Source of the DNA: Escherichia phage SM_S24
Strand: one strand, 5' to 3'
Sequence record: PP920554.1
Length of the DNA: 43,039 bases
A program made the translations under genes and the position numbers. The notes below the pieces were generated by a model that saw only the letters and a list, made by a program, of their open reading frames with translations, did not search any database and was not told the origin of the DNA. This document shows positions 9,231-19,900 of this stretch, piece after piece. How positions within the stretch are numbered: the first letter of the stretch is position 1; the number at the start of each line of letters is the position of its first letter.

Positions 9231-9652
9231 TGAGCAATACCGCAATCCGCAAAGCGCTTAACCGCGTGGTAGAAGAGTTATCGGTAAGCCTGAGCACTAG
9301 CCAGCGCCCGATCCAGGTTAACTGGGAGAACGTGAGCGGCGACCACGCAAAAGGCAGCGGTGTCTACCTGGAACCGTACCTGCTTCCGGCCCCTACCCAG
9401 TTTGTGGGCTTCCAGCAGAAGGGCCGTATCTATGCCGGTGTGTATCAGGTTGCCGTGGTGTTTCCTGCAGGCACTGGCACACAGTATGCGAGCGAACTGG
9501 CGGACGCCATCGCGACGTCTGACAAGTGGCAGGCCGTAAGGCTTACCGGCGCAGCGTTCCAGCTTCAGGACGCGCCATACACCAGTTCGGTGATTGAGGA
9601 TGTTGATCGCGCCCGCATCGTGGTTACAGTGCCCTATTCCTGTTGTGCCTGA
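9230..9652 (+). CDS. tail terminator / tail completion protein (putative)
   Basis: 140 aa, ATG overlaps the upstream stop; last gene before the major tail protein. Confidence 0.4.
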   Translation: MSNTAIRKALNRVVEELSVSLSTSQRPIQVNWENVSGDHAKGSGVYLEPYLLPAPTQFVGFQQKGRIYAGVYQVAVVFPAGTGTQYASELADAIATSDKWQAVRLTGAAFQLQDAPYTSSVIEDVDRARIVVTVPYSCCA

Positions 9653-9712
9653 TTTGGCGCAATTCTGCGCGTGCTGTATCATTAAACCGTATATCTAAAC
9701 AGGAGCTTTATT

Positions 9713-10438
9713 ATGGGTTATCAACTCCCCAACGGGTCCAGCGTCCAGATCGGGTCCGTATTAGGCAGCGGCATCGCTGTTACGGCAGCTACCAACGCCA
9801 CCGCATCAATCTCTGACCTTACGCAAGGTTGCGTAATTACCTGCGCGGCATCGCATGGCCTGGTTGTTGGCGACGTTGTTATGTTCACTAAAACCCCGTG
9901 GGTCCGAGCGCTTAACCGCGCATTCATCGTGGGTAAAGTAGCCGAGAACAACGTGACGCTGGCGCGCTTCGACTCCTCTGACGTCACAAAATACCCTACC
10001 GGCGCTTTCAGCGTAGGCACTCCGGGCGAAGTGGTGAAGGTGTCGGGCTTTATCGACTTCCCTTTCATTACTAACGTTGCCGTGTCGGGTGGCGACCAGC
10101 AGACTACTACCTTCCAGCCGTTGCAGGTGAACACCGCGATCAGTCTGAACACCACGAAAAACCCGTTGGTCCAGACTTACACCTTCACCCACGACGAAGA
10201 AGACCCGATCCGCCCAATCCTGGAAGACCTGGACGACACACAGAAAACCACTGTGATTAAGTTCACTAACCCGGCAGCGGCAAGCGGCAAAGGTGAGATC
10301 CGTATTTACCCGGCAAAGGTATCTTTCCAGAAGATTCCTTCCGCTGAAGTAAACAACGTGGAAACGGTACAGTCCACTCTGACCATGCAGTCTGATATGG
10401 TTATCTACCGTAAGGATCTGGTCGAGGCGTTGTCTTGA
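9713..10438 (+). CDS. major tail protein
   Basis: 241 aa, RBS AGGAG 7 nt upstream; followed by an intrinsic terminator; precedes the chaperone/tape-measure pair. Confidence 0.65.
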   Translation: MGYQLPNGSSVQIGSVLGSGIAVTAATNATASISDLTQGCVITCAASHGLVVGDVVMFTKTPWVRALNRAFIVGKVAENNVTLARFDSSDVTKYPTGAFSVGTPGEVVKVSGFIDFPFITNVAVSGGDQQTTTFQPLQVNTAISLNTTKNPLVQTYTFTHDEEDPIRPILEDLDDTQKTTVIKFTNPAAASGKGEIRIYPAKVSFQKIPSAEVNNVETVQSTLTMQSDMVIYRKDLVEALS

Positions 10439-10468
10439 TTTGGTCGCTTAAATAGCGAGTGTTAATAT

Positions 10469-10491
10469 GGGGCCAGCACGGCCCCTTTTTT
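10469..10491 (+). terminator. intrinsic terminator after the major tail protein gene
   Basis: GGGGCC-AGCAC-GGCCCC followed by TTTTTT. Confidence 0.7.
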
Positions 10492-10507
10492 ATTGGAGAA
10501 TACTACA

Positions 10508-10870
10508 ATGGCTAAAGCACCACTCTTCACACTTGACCCAAAGCCGACCTTTAAGCTGCCGATTGAGATCCCGCGCCCTGGTGAGAACGAACCTGGCAAG
10601 ATGACGTTTACCGTCCGCCACCGCCCTATCGACGAATTTTCGCAAACCATGCAGGACACAGAACGGAAGCTGTCGGAATATGACGACAATGACCCGGACG
10701 GCTTTAACGTTATGGTCGAGGCCATCATGCACGTCGCGGAAGGCTGGAATCTGCCAGACGAATTTAACGCGGAGAACGTCCGCCGCCTGGTGGTCAACTA
10801 TCCACGCGCGTTCGGGGTGTTCCATACGTCGTACTATCTCGAACTGATGGGATTGCGTGAAAAAAACTAA
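10508..10870 (+). CDS. tail assembly chaperone (G-like)
   Basis: 120 aa from ATG 10508 (RBS GGAGAA); acidic small protein immediately upstream of the tape measure gene; ends at slippery A_AAA_AAC. Confidence 0.6.
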   Translation: MAKAPLFTLDPKPTFKLPIEIPRPGENEPGKMTFTVRHRPIDEFSQTMQDTERKLSEYDDNDPDGFNVMVEAIMHVAEGWNLPDEFNAENVRRLVVNYPRAFGVFHTSYYLELMGLREKN

Positions 10871-11184
10871 TTGAGGCGGCGCGACGCTTTTATGGCCCGC
10901 CGCCACCCTCCGAAGATTTAGCCGCGAGTTTATGGGGTGCGGCCCCTGAAGATGTTTGTCCGCCTGTTGCGCTATGGCCTGACAACGCGAAGATAGTCGC
11001 AGTCTTCACAGATTGCTCCACGCAATGGCGCACCGGTTTTGGTGGCGCATACGGCATCGACTACGGCGTGCTGGAGTGGCTATTTAAGATGCACGGTATC
11101 GAAAACGAGCAGCGCGCGTTTAAAGATATCAAGCTAATGGAGCGAATCGCGCTTGATGAGATGGCGCAGCAGAACCCCGCATAA
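10508..11184 (+). CDS. tail assembly chaperone -1 frameshift product (GT-like)
   Basis: Slippery heptamer A_AAA_AAC at 10861-10867 three nt before the G stop; the -1 frame is open for 105 more codons to TAA 11182-11184 and has no start codon of its own near its 5' end. Confidence 0.5.
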
Positions 11185-11185
11185 T

Positions 11186-11447
11186 GAAGCGGGACAAGCG
11201 GGACGCCCCGTTTTGTCCCGCCCCTGTAAAACTGCATATCTAATCACTTTCATTGCATAAACTCAAAGCGGGACAGGCGGGACGTCCCGTTTTGTCCCAC
11301 CCCTGAAATGTGCATACCTATTCGAATTTCGTGCATAAAACAAACGGGACAGAAAGCGGGACAAATGCGGGGCGGGACAAAGCGGGACAGCACCCCATCC
11401 CCACCAGTGCTGCCGCGGTTTTCAGCCGATCGGGACAGGCGGGACAA
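11186..11447 (+). repeat. array A of GCGGGACA(R) octamers with interspersed TGCATA(A) boxes
   Basis: at least 10 same-strand octamer copies (about 11189, 11198, 11268, 11277, 11343, 11355, 11372, 11382, 11431, 11439) plus inverted GTCCCGC copies; non-coding gap between GT stop and tape measure start. Confidence 0.8.
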
Positions 11448-11448
11448 A

Positions 11449-11500
11449 CCCCAGTCTTTCAGACTAGACGGGGGTCAACGGCCCCCCTCGTCTGAGACTG
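11449..11500 (+). other. conserved imperfect hairpin element, copy 1
   Basis: CCCCAGTCTTTCAGACTAGACGGGGG-TCAACGG-CCCCCCTCGTCTGAGACTG; both arms identical to the copy at 38331-38383, loop differs. Confidence 0.75.
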
Positions 11501-11569
11501 AATAAGGTTTGTTTTAAAATCGCTGATACAATGTCAATCGGCAACTGCATAAAAAAAGGGGACTGCATA

Positions 11570-14212
11570 ATGGCAGATCAAGCGGCAGGCATCACGCTGA
11601 AGGCGGATGTCGCACAAATCAGAACGGCGAATACTGTGCTTGATTCATTCGCACAGAAATCCGAGAACACAGAAAACAAGGTTAAGAAATTAAACGACAC
11701 CCTCGGCAAATCCAAAAAGGTGACGAGTGACGCCGCGGGCGGAATGGAGAAGCTGGCGACTGAATCGCAGCGCGCTGCCGATGGCATGACGAAACAGGAG
11801 CGACTTGCCAACAGGTTAGGCATGTCGACCAAAAACCTGGGCTTTGCCTCGCGTAACGCCGCATTCCAGTTACAGGATATTGCGGTAACGCTTGAGATGG
11901 GTATGCCGGTGCACCGCGTTATGCTTCAGCAGTTACCACAGCTTACTGGGGCGTTCGGGGGATTTGGTAACACGCTGCGTTATGTCGCGGGCGTCCTCGG
12001 TCCGGTAGGGATCGGCATTGCAGCACTAACGGCAACTTTAGGCGTAGGGGTGGCAATTACGTCCCGCGCAGAGAACCAGGTCTCAGCGCTTAACAAGACG
12101 CTGGCGCTGTCAGGTAACATTTCCGGCCTAACGGCAAACCAGATCCTGGTGCTATCCGAGAACGCCGAGCGCATGGGCGGATCATTCCGCAAGACGCGTG
12201 ACACAATCCAGGCGCTGGCGGCGGCGGGTGTGAAAGCGGGGGCGGACTTCGGCGCGCTGGCGAAGGTTGTGAATGACTTCGCGAAGGCGTCTAATCAGCC
12301 GATCTCTGACGTGGTTGAATCCATCTCAAAATTGTCGAACGACCCAGTGGGCGGACTGCGTGCGCTGGCGGATAAGTATCATGTCGTTACCGAGGCGCAG
12401 ATCCAGCAGGTGCAATCGCTTGTAGATATGGGGCGTGAAACGGACGCGGTTGCTCTGGCTAACAAAACAGCCGCTGCGTCGTTCTCCAGCATGACCGATG
12501 AGGTAAAGTCCAACATGGGTACGCTTGAGCGGTCGATGAACGTAGTTACATCGGCAGCTAAATCTATGTGGGATGCCATCCTGGATGTGGGCCGCGCGCA
12601 GTCCTCGAATGAGTCCGAGATGAAAGCGCGTGAGTCCTTGCAGCGCATGACCACGGCGTACTATGCCGAGATGAGGGCGGTAAACGCTGCCGGTGGGGTG
12701 ATGACCGAAGCGCAGAAGGCGCGTATTAACATGCTTTACAGCGAACTGGTCGCCCAGGAAAAAGTGGTGGCGTCGCTCACCCTGCGTAACCGTGCTGAGC
12801 GAGACAACGCCCGCGCCGCAGACGAATCCGCAAAGGCGAACGAGGAGGCCAACCGCACTGCCCGTGACCGCGCCGCGTTCGAGAAGGAATACGCCACCAA
12901 CGCTAAGAAGCGCGCCGACGAGATCGCCCGCCTCAATTTGCTGAATAAGCGCGGCGTTATTGATGAGAAAGAACTAGCCGAGGCGGTGAAGCAGGTAAAC
13001 GAGCGGTACAAAGACCCAGCCCCGAAAAAGGCCGCGGCTGTTCGCGTGGATGCCGGTATGAAAATGCTGGAGGTCGCACGGAGCGAACTGGCACAGCTTC
13101 GAGAATCAGGCAAGCAGATCGAAGCCAACGCATCGACGCAGACCCGCACGCAACGCGCGCAAGCGGCCCTTAACAAGCTGATTGCCGACAACGAGCAGTT
13201 AATCGCTGCGAGCAAAGAAAGGGCGCTGACGGCAGCAGAGAAGCAGCAATTAGTCGAATTTGGACGCGTGAAGGAAGTCCGCGAGCAGATCGTCGAAGAA
13301 GCCAAATTGCTGGACGCGAAAGAGAAGCAGGTCAAGGCGCACGCGCAGATCGATGCCTTCGTTAAGAACCAGAACGCAGAGCTAAAAGCCACCGCCGCGG
13401 GCTATGCACTTTCCACTCGCGAAGCGGCTAACCTTCGCGAAGAATTGCAGCTAATTGACCGCCTTCGTCGTGTTGGCGCTAACGATACCGATATTGACCT
13501 GGCGGTGTCTAAGCTGCGCGAAGTGCAGGAAGCACAGACCGGGGCTAACGCCTCGCTATGGGATGGCTTCAGCCGCGGGCTTAAGGATAGCGTTGATGAA
13601 ATGGGTAACGGATATACGCAGATGACGACACTCACAAAATTCACGTTCGGCGCTATGCAGGACACGATGAACGAGTTTTTTGAGACTGGCAAGCTGAACG
13701 CAAAGGATATGGTTAAGTCCATCCTGAGCGAATTAATCAAGCTGGCTACCTCGCAGGCGTTCAAGTCCATCGTTAGCGCTTTCGGTGGTGACGGCGGCAA
13801 AAACGGATTGTTCGGCGCTATCTTCTCTGGCCTTACTAAGAATGCGGACGGCGGAGCGTACGCAGGAGGCAATCTCGCGGCCTATTCGGGGAAAGTGGTA
13901 AGCCAGCCTACCTTTTTCAGTTATGGCGTCCAGGCGTTCGCTAAGGGCGCTGGGTTGATGGGTGAGGCTGGACCCGAGGCCATCATGCCACTGAAGCGCG
14001 GGCCGGACGGGAAACTGGGCGTTGCCGCGTCTGGAGCAGGCGGTGGTATGGTCGTGACGACTAACGTTTACACGGGGACCGGTAAGACGGATACCAGTGT
14101 TGGCGGGCCGGACCCACGTACCGCGCAGGCGTTCGGCAAGCAAATCACCGAGGCGGTGAAGGCCGAGATCGTGAAGGCGACGAAACCGGGTGGTGTACTT
14201 TACAAACGATGA
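11570..14212 (+). CDS. tail tape measure protein
   Basis: 880 aa from ATG 11570 (RBS AAGGGG); long Ala/Gln/Glu-rich helical protein with hydrophobic segments and Gly-rich C-terminal region; position after G/GT. Confidence 0.85.
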   Translation: MADQAAGITLKADVAQIRTANTVLDSFAQKSENTENKVKKLNDTLGKSKKVTSDAAGGMEKLATESQRAADGMTKQERLANRLGMSTKNLGFASRNAAFQLQDIAVTLEMGMPVHRVMLQQLPQLTGAFGGFGNTLRYVAGVLGPVGIGIAALTATLGVGVAITSRAENQVSALNKTLALSGNISGLTANQILVLSENAERMGGSFRKTRDTIQALAAAGVKAGADFGALAKVVNDFAKASNQPISDVVESISKLSNDPVGGLRALADKYHVVTEAQIQQVQSLVDMGRETDAVALANKTAAASFSSMTDEVKSNMGTLERSMNVVTSAAKSMWDAILDVGRAQSSNESEMKARESLQRMTTAYYAEMRAVNAAGGVMTEAQKARINMLYSELVAQEKVVASLTLRNRAERDNARAADESAKANEEANRTARDRAAFEKEYATNAKKRADEIARLNLLNKRGVIDEKELAEAVKQVNERYKDPAPKKAAAVRVDAGMKMLEVARSELAQLRESGKQIEANASTQTRTQRAQAALNKLIADNEQLIAASKERALTAAEKQQLVEFGRVKEVREQIVEEAKLLDAKEKQVKAHAQIDAFVKNQNAELKATAAGYALSTREAANLREELQLIDRLRRVGANDTDIDLAVSKLREVQEAQTGANASLWDGFSRGLKDSVDEMGNGYTQMTTLTKFTFGAMQDTMNEFFETGKLNAKDMVKSILSELIKLATSQAFKSIVSAFGGDGGKNGLFGAIFSGLTKNADGGAYAGGNLAAYSGKVVSQPTFFSYGVQAFAKGAGLMGEAGPEAIMPLKRGPDGKLGVAASGAGGGMVVTTNVYTGTGKTDTSVGGPDPRTAQAFGKQITEAVKAEIVKATKPGGVLYKR

Positions 14213-14246
14213 TAAAATGGCCCTCACTACAACGTGGGGGCTTTTT

Positions 14247-14846
14247 ATGTCACAAGGTACAATCACACTAACGAAAGGAAGTAAGACCGTCACGGGCGCG
14301 GGAACGGCGTTCCTTAGCGAGATCGGTAAGGTACTCGTATTCGCCCGCATCGACGGCAACGACTACACCGGCAAAATTGCTGCATTCAACTCGAACACGG
14401 TCATTACTCTGAAAGATAACTGGGCTGGGCCAACGAAATCCGGTGCGGCATATGAGCTAATCGAAGCACACGACCCGCGATCAAACGAATGGCCCTATTA
14501 CTGGCACATGCAATTGCAGGGCGGTGGCGACGTGCAGTTAGCTTTCCGGTCCGAGGAATTGCAATTCGGTAATGGCTACGGACAGAACATCGCGGACGGC
14601 CCGAACGCCGAAACGAAACAGTTCCCCGTGCAATTCGTCGGGCTGACTACGGACAAGTGGTGCAACCCTAAACTGGTTTACAACTTCCTTCGCGGGCACT
14701 TCGTCAAGCCGTTTGTCGTCACCGCGCCGGATGGCGAAACAGGTTTATTCGTGGTCGAGCGTTCGAGCTTGTCGTACACGGACAACGGACACCTCACGGC
14801 AACCGTATCCGCCACCCTTAAGACTGCTATTGGATTCGTAAGATGA
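14247..14846 (+). CDS. distal/minor tail protein (lambda M position)
   Basis: 199 aa from ATG 14247; N-terminal GTITLTKGSKTVTGAGTAF fiber-like motif; first gene after tape measure. Confidence 0.5.
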   Translation: MSQGTITLTKGSKTVTGAGTAFLSEIGKVLVFARIDGNDYTGKIAAFNSNTVITLKDNWAGPTKSGAAYELIEAHDPRSNEWPYYWHMQLQGGGDVQLAFRSEELQFGNGYGQNIADGPNAETKQFPVQFVGLTTDKWCNPKLVYNFLRGHFVKPFVVTAPDGETGLFVVERSSLSYTDNGHLTATVSATLKTAIGFVR

Positions 14847-15631
14847 ATAAACTTTATCGCGAGGCGACGCGCTTTGACCCATCGGGTCGCGTTCGCCTGA
14901 TTCACATTGACGCGCAGGACGTGGAACCAGGTGACGGTGCGATCGGCGCGGGCCATCACTATTTCCACTACTGCTTTATTCCGCACACTGCCGAGGATAT
15001 TGCTGCCGCCGGTGGTGACGAGGATAAGCTAAAACCTAAATCAATCTTCTTCGGCGGGCAGGAGTTCGAATTTTGGCCCTTCGATTTGTCCGGCCTTAAC
15101 TTCTCCACATCGACGGCGGCAGAACCGCAACTAACAATCGTCGATATTGGCGGCATAATAACCCGGCTGTCGCTGAACCACGACCAGCTACTTGGCGCGA
15201 AGGTTGAGATCATTGATACGTTCGCGAAGTTCCTGGATAACGGGACAGATCCAGACCCGACGCAAAAACGTGTCCAGGAGTATTACATCGACTCACAGGT
15301 CGGGCGCAATCCTGGCAAGCAAATAACCTTCGCATTATCCTCACCCGCGGATATGGAGGGGCAAGTAGTTCCACGCCGCCAGATCATGAACATGTGCGAA
15401 TGGGCGTTAAATGGGAAGTACGCCAGCGGGGATGGCTGCACGTGGAACCTTGCGAAGCCCGGTATCAAATATTACGACGAGCGCGGAAACGAAGTCATCG
15501 CAATGAATATGGACCGCTGCGGCGGATGCTTGTCGGACTGTTATCTTCGATTTGGGCAAGGGCTTGCGGACCCTAAAGCGGCGGTGCTGGACTTCGGCGG
15601 CTTTCCGGGGTCCAGATTAATTAAGGGGTAG
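14843..15631 (+). CDS. minor tail protein L-like
   Basis: 262 aa, ATGA overlap with upstream gene; C-terminal Cys cluster (CEW..C..CGGCLSDC) like the Fe-S site of lambda gpL; synteny. Confidence 0.65.
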   Translation: MNKLYREATRFDPSGRVRLIHIDAQDVEPGDGAIGAGHHYFHYCFIPHTAEDIAAAGGDEDKLKPKSIFFGGQEFEFWPFDLSGLNFSTSTAAEPQLTIVDIGGIITRLSLNHDQLLGAKVEIIDTFAKFLDNGTDPDPTQKRVQEYYIDSQVGRNPGKQITFALSSPADMEGQVVPRRQIMNMCEWALNGKYASGDGCTWNLAKPGIKYYDERGNEVIAMNMDRCGGCLSDCYLRFGQGLADPKAAVLDFGGFPGSRLIKG

Positions 15632-15633
15632 TT

Positions 15634-16374
15634 ATGTTAACGAAAAAGGTTAAAAGCGATATCGCCGCACACGTCGCGGCGTGTCTGCCGGAAGAAGCCT
15701 GTGGCCTGGTTGTCATGGTGGGTCGTAAGCAAGTGTTCGTCCCATGTCTGAACGTATTCGAAGACCCGACCGGCGTGCGATCCCGCAAAGACGCTTTTAC
15801 GATTAGTGATATGGCCTGGATGGATGCCGAGGATATGGGAGACGTCGTGCGCGTAGTCCACTCACACCCGGGTCAGCGCGAGTTAACCCCCTCACTGGGC
15901 GACGTTAACGGATGCAACGGCAGCGGCGTAGTGTGGACCATCACTAACGAATATGGCGACTTTATTGAGATTGACCCGGAAGACCCGCCGCTGGTAGGCC
16001 GCCGATTTGTTCTCGGAATTACGGATTGTTACGGCCTCGTCATGGACTGGCACAAAAAGCAGGGAGTAAATTTGCCAGACTTCCGCGTGCCGTATAACTG
16101 GTGGGAGACAGGCGAAAATCTGTATATGGATAACTGGTACGGCGCTGGATTCAGGGAATGCGAGGAGAATACGCCGGGGGCGATGGTCATCATGCAGATT
16201 AGCGCGCCAGTGCCTAACCACGCCGGGATATTCCTTCCGGGCAACCAACTACTACACCATATCTACGGCAGCCTGTCGAGCGTCGTTCCCTTCCGGGCGG
16301 GATTTTTCCGGGACAATGTGGTTAAATGGGTACGTCATAAAGACCTACCGGGGAATATCACAGAATGGCAATGA
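15634..16374 (+). CDS. tail tip protein K-like (JAB/MPN metalloprotease motif)
   Basis: 246 aa, RBS AAGGGG; HSHPG JAMM-type motif (VVRVVHSHPG) as in lambda gpK; synteny L-K-I-J. Confidence 0.7.
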   Translation: MLTKKVKSDIAAHVAACLPEEACGLVVMVGRKQVFVPCLNVFEDPTGVRSRKDAFTISDMAWMDAEDMGDVVRVVHSHPGQRELTPSLGDVNGCNGSGVVWTITNEYGDFIEIDPEDPPLVGRRFVLGITDCYGLVMDWHKKQGVNLPDFRVPYNWWETGENLYMDNWYGAGFRECEENTPGAMVIMQISAPVPNHAGIFLPGNQLLHHIYGSLSSVVPFRAGFFRDNVVKWVRHKDLPGNITEWQ

Positions 16375-16982
16375 CCACATTTAAATTGTACGGCGTCTTA
16401 GGACGTCGTTTTGGTAAAGTGCATAAGCTGGACTGTTTCACACCAGGCGAAGGCATCACCGGCCTGTGCGTGAAGTTACCCGGCTTACAGGAATTTCTAA
16501 TGTCGGCCCACCTGGACAACATGATGTTCAAAGTGCGCAAGGGCAATCACACAATGACCGGCTACGATGAGCTGGGCGAGTCCCACGGCAACCGCGTAGT
16601 AACAATCGCGCCGGTTATGACTGGGGCAAAAAGCGGACTGGGCCAATTGCTGGCGGGTGTAGCAATCGTGGTGGCGTCGTTCTATACCGGCGGGCTTGCG
16701 ACTGCCGCTTTTGGAGCTTCCGCGGCGACCGCGGCCTCTATCGGCGCAGCGACGTTTTCGTTCGGGATGTCGATGGCGCTGGGGGGCGTTATGCAATTGC
16801 TATCGCCGCAACCGAAAGGATTGCAGACACGGCAGGACGTGGATAACAAAGCGTCGTATGCGTTCGGCGGCCCGGTAAACACGACCGCGCAAGGTACGGC
16901 GCTTGGTGTATTATGGGGCGAGCGTGAGATCGGCGGCGCTATTATTTCAGCCGGAATCGTAACCGAGGACTTGAACGAATGA
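16365..16982 (+). CDS. tail assembly protein I-like
   Basis: 205 aa; Gly/Ala-rich hydrophobic middle (GAKSGLGQLLAGVAIVVASFYTGG) resembling lambda gpI; overlaps K and J. Confidence 0.7.
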   Translation: MAMTTFKLYGVLGRRFGKVHKLDCFTPGEGITGLCVKLPGLQEFLMSAHLDNMMFKVRKGNHTMTGYDELGESHGNRVVTIAPVMTGAKSGLGQLLAGVAIVVASFYTGGLATAAFGASAATAASIGAATFSFGMSMALGGVMQLLSPQPKGLQTRQDVDNKASYAFGGPVNTTAQGTALGVLWGEREIGGAIISAGIVTEDLNE

Positions 16983-19900
16983 CGATTATCTACGACGTCA
17001 CTGGGCATAAAGGCGGCGGCGGCAAACAGCACACCCCGCAGGAAACGCCGGATAGCCTGCATTCCCTGGCTAAAATTCGCATCTTGCTTGCGCTAGGGGA
17101 AGGGGAATTCGAAAGTATTACCAGCGACAGCGAATTACGGCAGCGTGTATATCTGGACGGCACTCCGATCCAGAACGCCGACCTGTCGGAAAACTTCCCC
17201 GGCGCGCGTGTGGAGTTCCGCCCTGGCACACAGCACCAGGATGTGATCCACGGATTTTCAGCGGTTGAAAGTGAGCAATCTGTCGGCGTAAAACTGGAAA
17301 ACGGCACGCCGTGGGTACGCCAGATTAACGATACCAGTCTGGACGCCGTTCGCATTCGCATCGGAATTCCGGCCCTGTACACTAACGAAGATAATGGCGA
17401 CCTGGTTGGCGGGCGCATCGACTATAAGATAGTTGTGTATACGGATAACGCCGACCCGCGTGAGTTCAGATTCGCCGCCGTTGGTAAAACAATGTCGCTA
17501 TATGAGCGCGACCACCGCATCGAATTACCTCCGAACGTTAACACCGGCTGGCGCGTGGAGGTGCACCGCATAACGGCAGACTCCACATCGGCGAAAGTGG
17601 TTAATGATATCCGGGTGCAGTCCATCACTGAGATTATTGACGCCCGCCTGCGTTACCCGCTAACCGCGCTGTTGTTTGTGGAGTTCGACGCCAAAGCGTT
17701 CCAGAACATCCCGCGCGTGTCCATCAAGTGCAAAGGACGTAAAGTGCTGGTGCCGAACAACTATGACCCGATTAATCATACCTATTCGGGAAACTGGGAT
17801 GGCACGTTTAAACGCGCATGGACGGATAACCCTGCGTGGCACTGGTATGATATTTGCATTACGGAGCGCTTCGGCCTCGGGCGTAGGATCAAGCCGCAAA
17901 TGCTGAACCGGTACGCGCTATACCAGATTGCGCAGCGCTGCGACCAGATGGTCAGTGACGGCAACGGCGGGCAAGAAATCCGCTTTAAGAATGATATGTA
18001 CATTCAGTCGCAGACAGACGCCTGGACCGTGCTTAAGGATTTAGCAGCTATCTTTGCCGGTATGACCTGGTGGGGCAACCAGATGTTGAATATCGTAAGT
18101 GACCAGCCGGTCGCAGCGGTATCGCACACTATCACCAACGCCTCGGTTATTGATGGCAGATTCGACTACGCGTCAGGGAGCCAGAAAACTCGCTATTCCA
18201 CGTTCGCGGTAGCATACGGCAACCCTAAGAACCACTACGAAGACGCCATCGCAACGGGACAGCGTGTCGAACTGGTGCGCCGCCATAAAATAAATCGCCT
18301 TGATATTACGGCGATCGGCTGTACGCGTGAATCGGAAGCGCAACGCCGCGGTCACTGGGCGCTAATCTCCAACCAGCTTGACCAGCAAGTTAGCTTTAAG
18401 GTTGGCATGGAAGGACTATTCTTTATTCCGGGTAGCGTAGTCGCTATCGCCGATACAAACATTTCTGGCGGCTTCGAGACACGCGGCGGTCGTCTGTTGT
18501 CAGATCCTGGCACGCGGACGGTGCTGAACACAGACAGCGAAATCACGTTCCGCCCCGGCGATAAATTCCTGGTACGCACCGATAGCGGTAATGTGGAGAC
18601 TCGCGAGATCGCCAGCGTCAACGGCAACAAGGTTACGCTAAAAACCGCACTGGACGCCGACCCGATTCCAGACCAGCCGTTTTGCGTTGATGGCGACGAT
18701 ATCCAGTTGCAAAAATTCCGCATCACCGACCTGGAATATGACGACTCTACTAGCACTTTCTCGGTGCGCGGGATTGAATACAACGATAGCAAATATGATG
18801 CCGTTGATAATGGCGCGCGCCTTGACCCAGGCATCTTTACGCAAGTGCCTGACGGGGTAATGAAGGGGCCGGAATCCGTGACCATCACCCCGTCGCAGAT
18901 TTCATCGCAAGGGCAGCTAATCACCAACGTGGATATTGTATTCCCTCCGGTGAAGGATGCCGTGGTGTATGAAATCCAGTGGAGGCGTACCAGCCTTCAG
19001 AATATGGAAATCCAGTGGGGTAACGACTGGGTGAATATCCCACGCACGGCGTCGAATGGGGCGCACATCCCTAACGTGTTCTCCGGTAACTACCAGGCAC
19101 GCGTCCGCGCGATCGGTATGGGCGAGATTTCATCTCCGTGGGTGTCGTCCGCCATCACGCCGGTGGAAGGTCGTCTCGGTGGGCTTAACGCACCAATCAT
19201 CACCAACGCTATTTCGGGCCTTCACCAGATCTTGTGGAAGTGGAACCACAACAACGCCGCTACTGATATCTCGTACACCGAGCTTGAAGTGCGCAAGACC
19301 GGTGAGACTGAATGGAAATTCCTTACCAACGTCCCATATCCGGGGGCGGAGTATGCGCAAACGTCGCTGGAGTTCGGCATATACCAGCAGTTGCGCGCCC
19401 GCGTAGCGGATAAAATCGGCAACCTGTCGGACTGGTCCGCCCCGTTTGAAGGCCAGGTGAGTGACAAAGTTGACGAGTATATGAAGGGGCTTGATGACGA
19501 GTTCTTGACTTCCGAGGATGGTAAACGCTTCCAGGAAGCAATCAACACGATCCCGCAAGGCATTTATGAGTCAATGCTCACCGACGCCCAGCAGCTATTC
19601 AACGCCCGCGCCGAGTACAAAGGGATTTATGCGGAAATCAAGGTAGCGTATAACGTGGCGGCGGATGCCCACCAGGCGGTGGCGCAACTGGAAACGTTGA
19701 TCGGCACTCGTCTTGACGATGCTGAAGCGGCAATCCATACGTTGCAGACAGCGCAGAGTACGCAGGAACAAGCGTTCGCCCAGTACCAGCAAACTGTCGC
19801 CGCTAAGTTTTCGGAACAGGAAGCCGCCATCCAGTCAGTGCAAACGGCAACGGCTGACGTAGCTGGCGCGCTGGCGGAGTACAAGACCCAGGTCGCGGCA

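Noticed and set aside
11186-11447. Possible pac/cos terminase recognition site formed by the GGGACA repeats
   Set aside because: The two arrays are about 11 kb and 5 kb away from the small terminase gene and occur twice; pac sites are normally single and at or next to terS. Not excluded, but judged unlikely.
12736-13392. 218-aa ORF antisense to the tape measure gene, and similar antisense ORFs (271-618, 1255-1680, 9721-10155, 18352-18927, 29306-29842, 30344-31345, 36869-37312)
   Set aside because: All lie entirely within longer, well-supported genes on the other strand, lack RBS-like sequences and have biased composition expected from antisense frames of GC-rich coding DNA.
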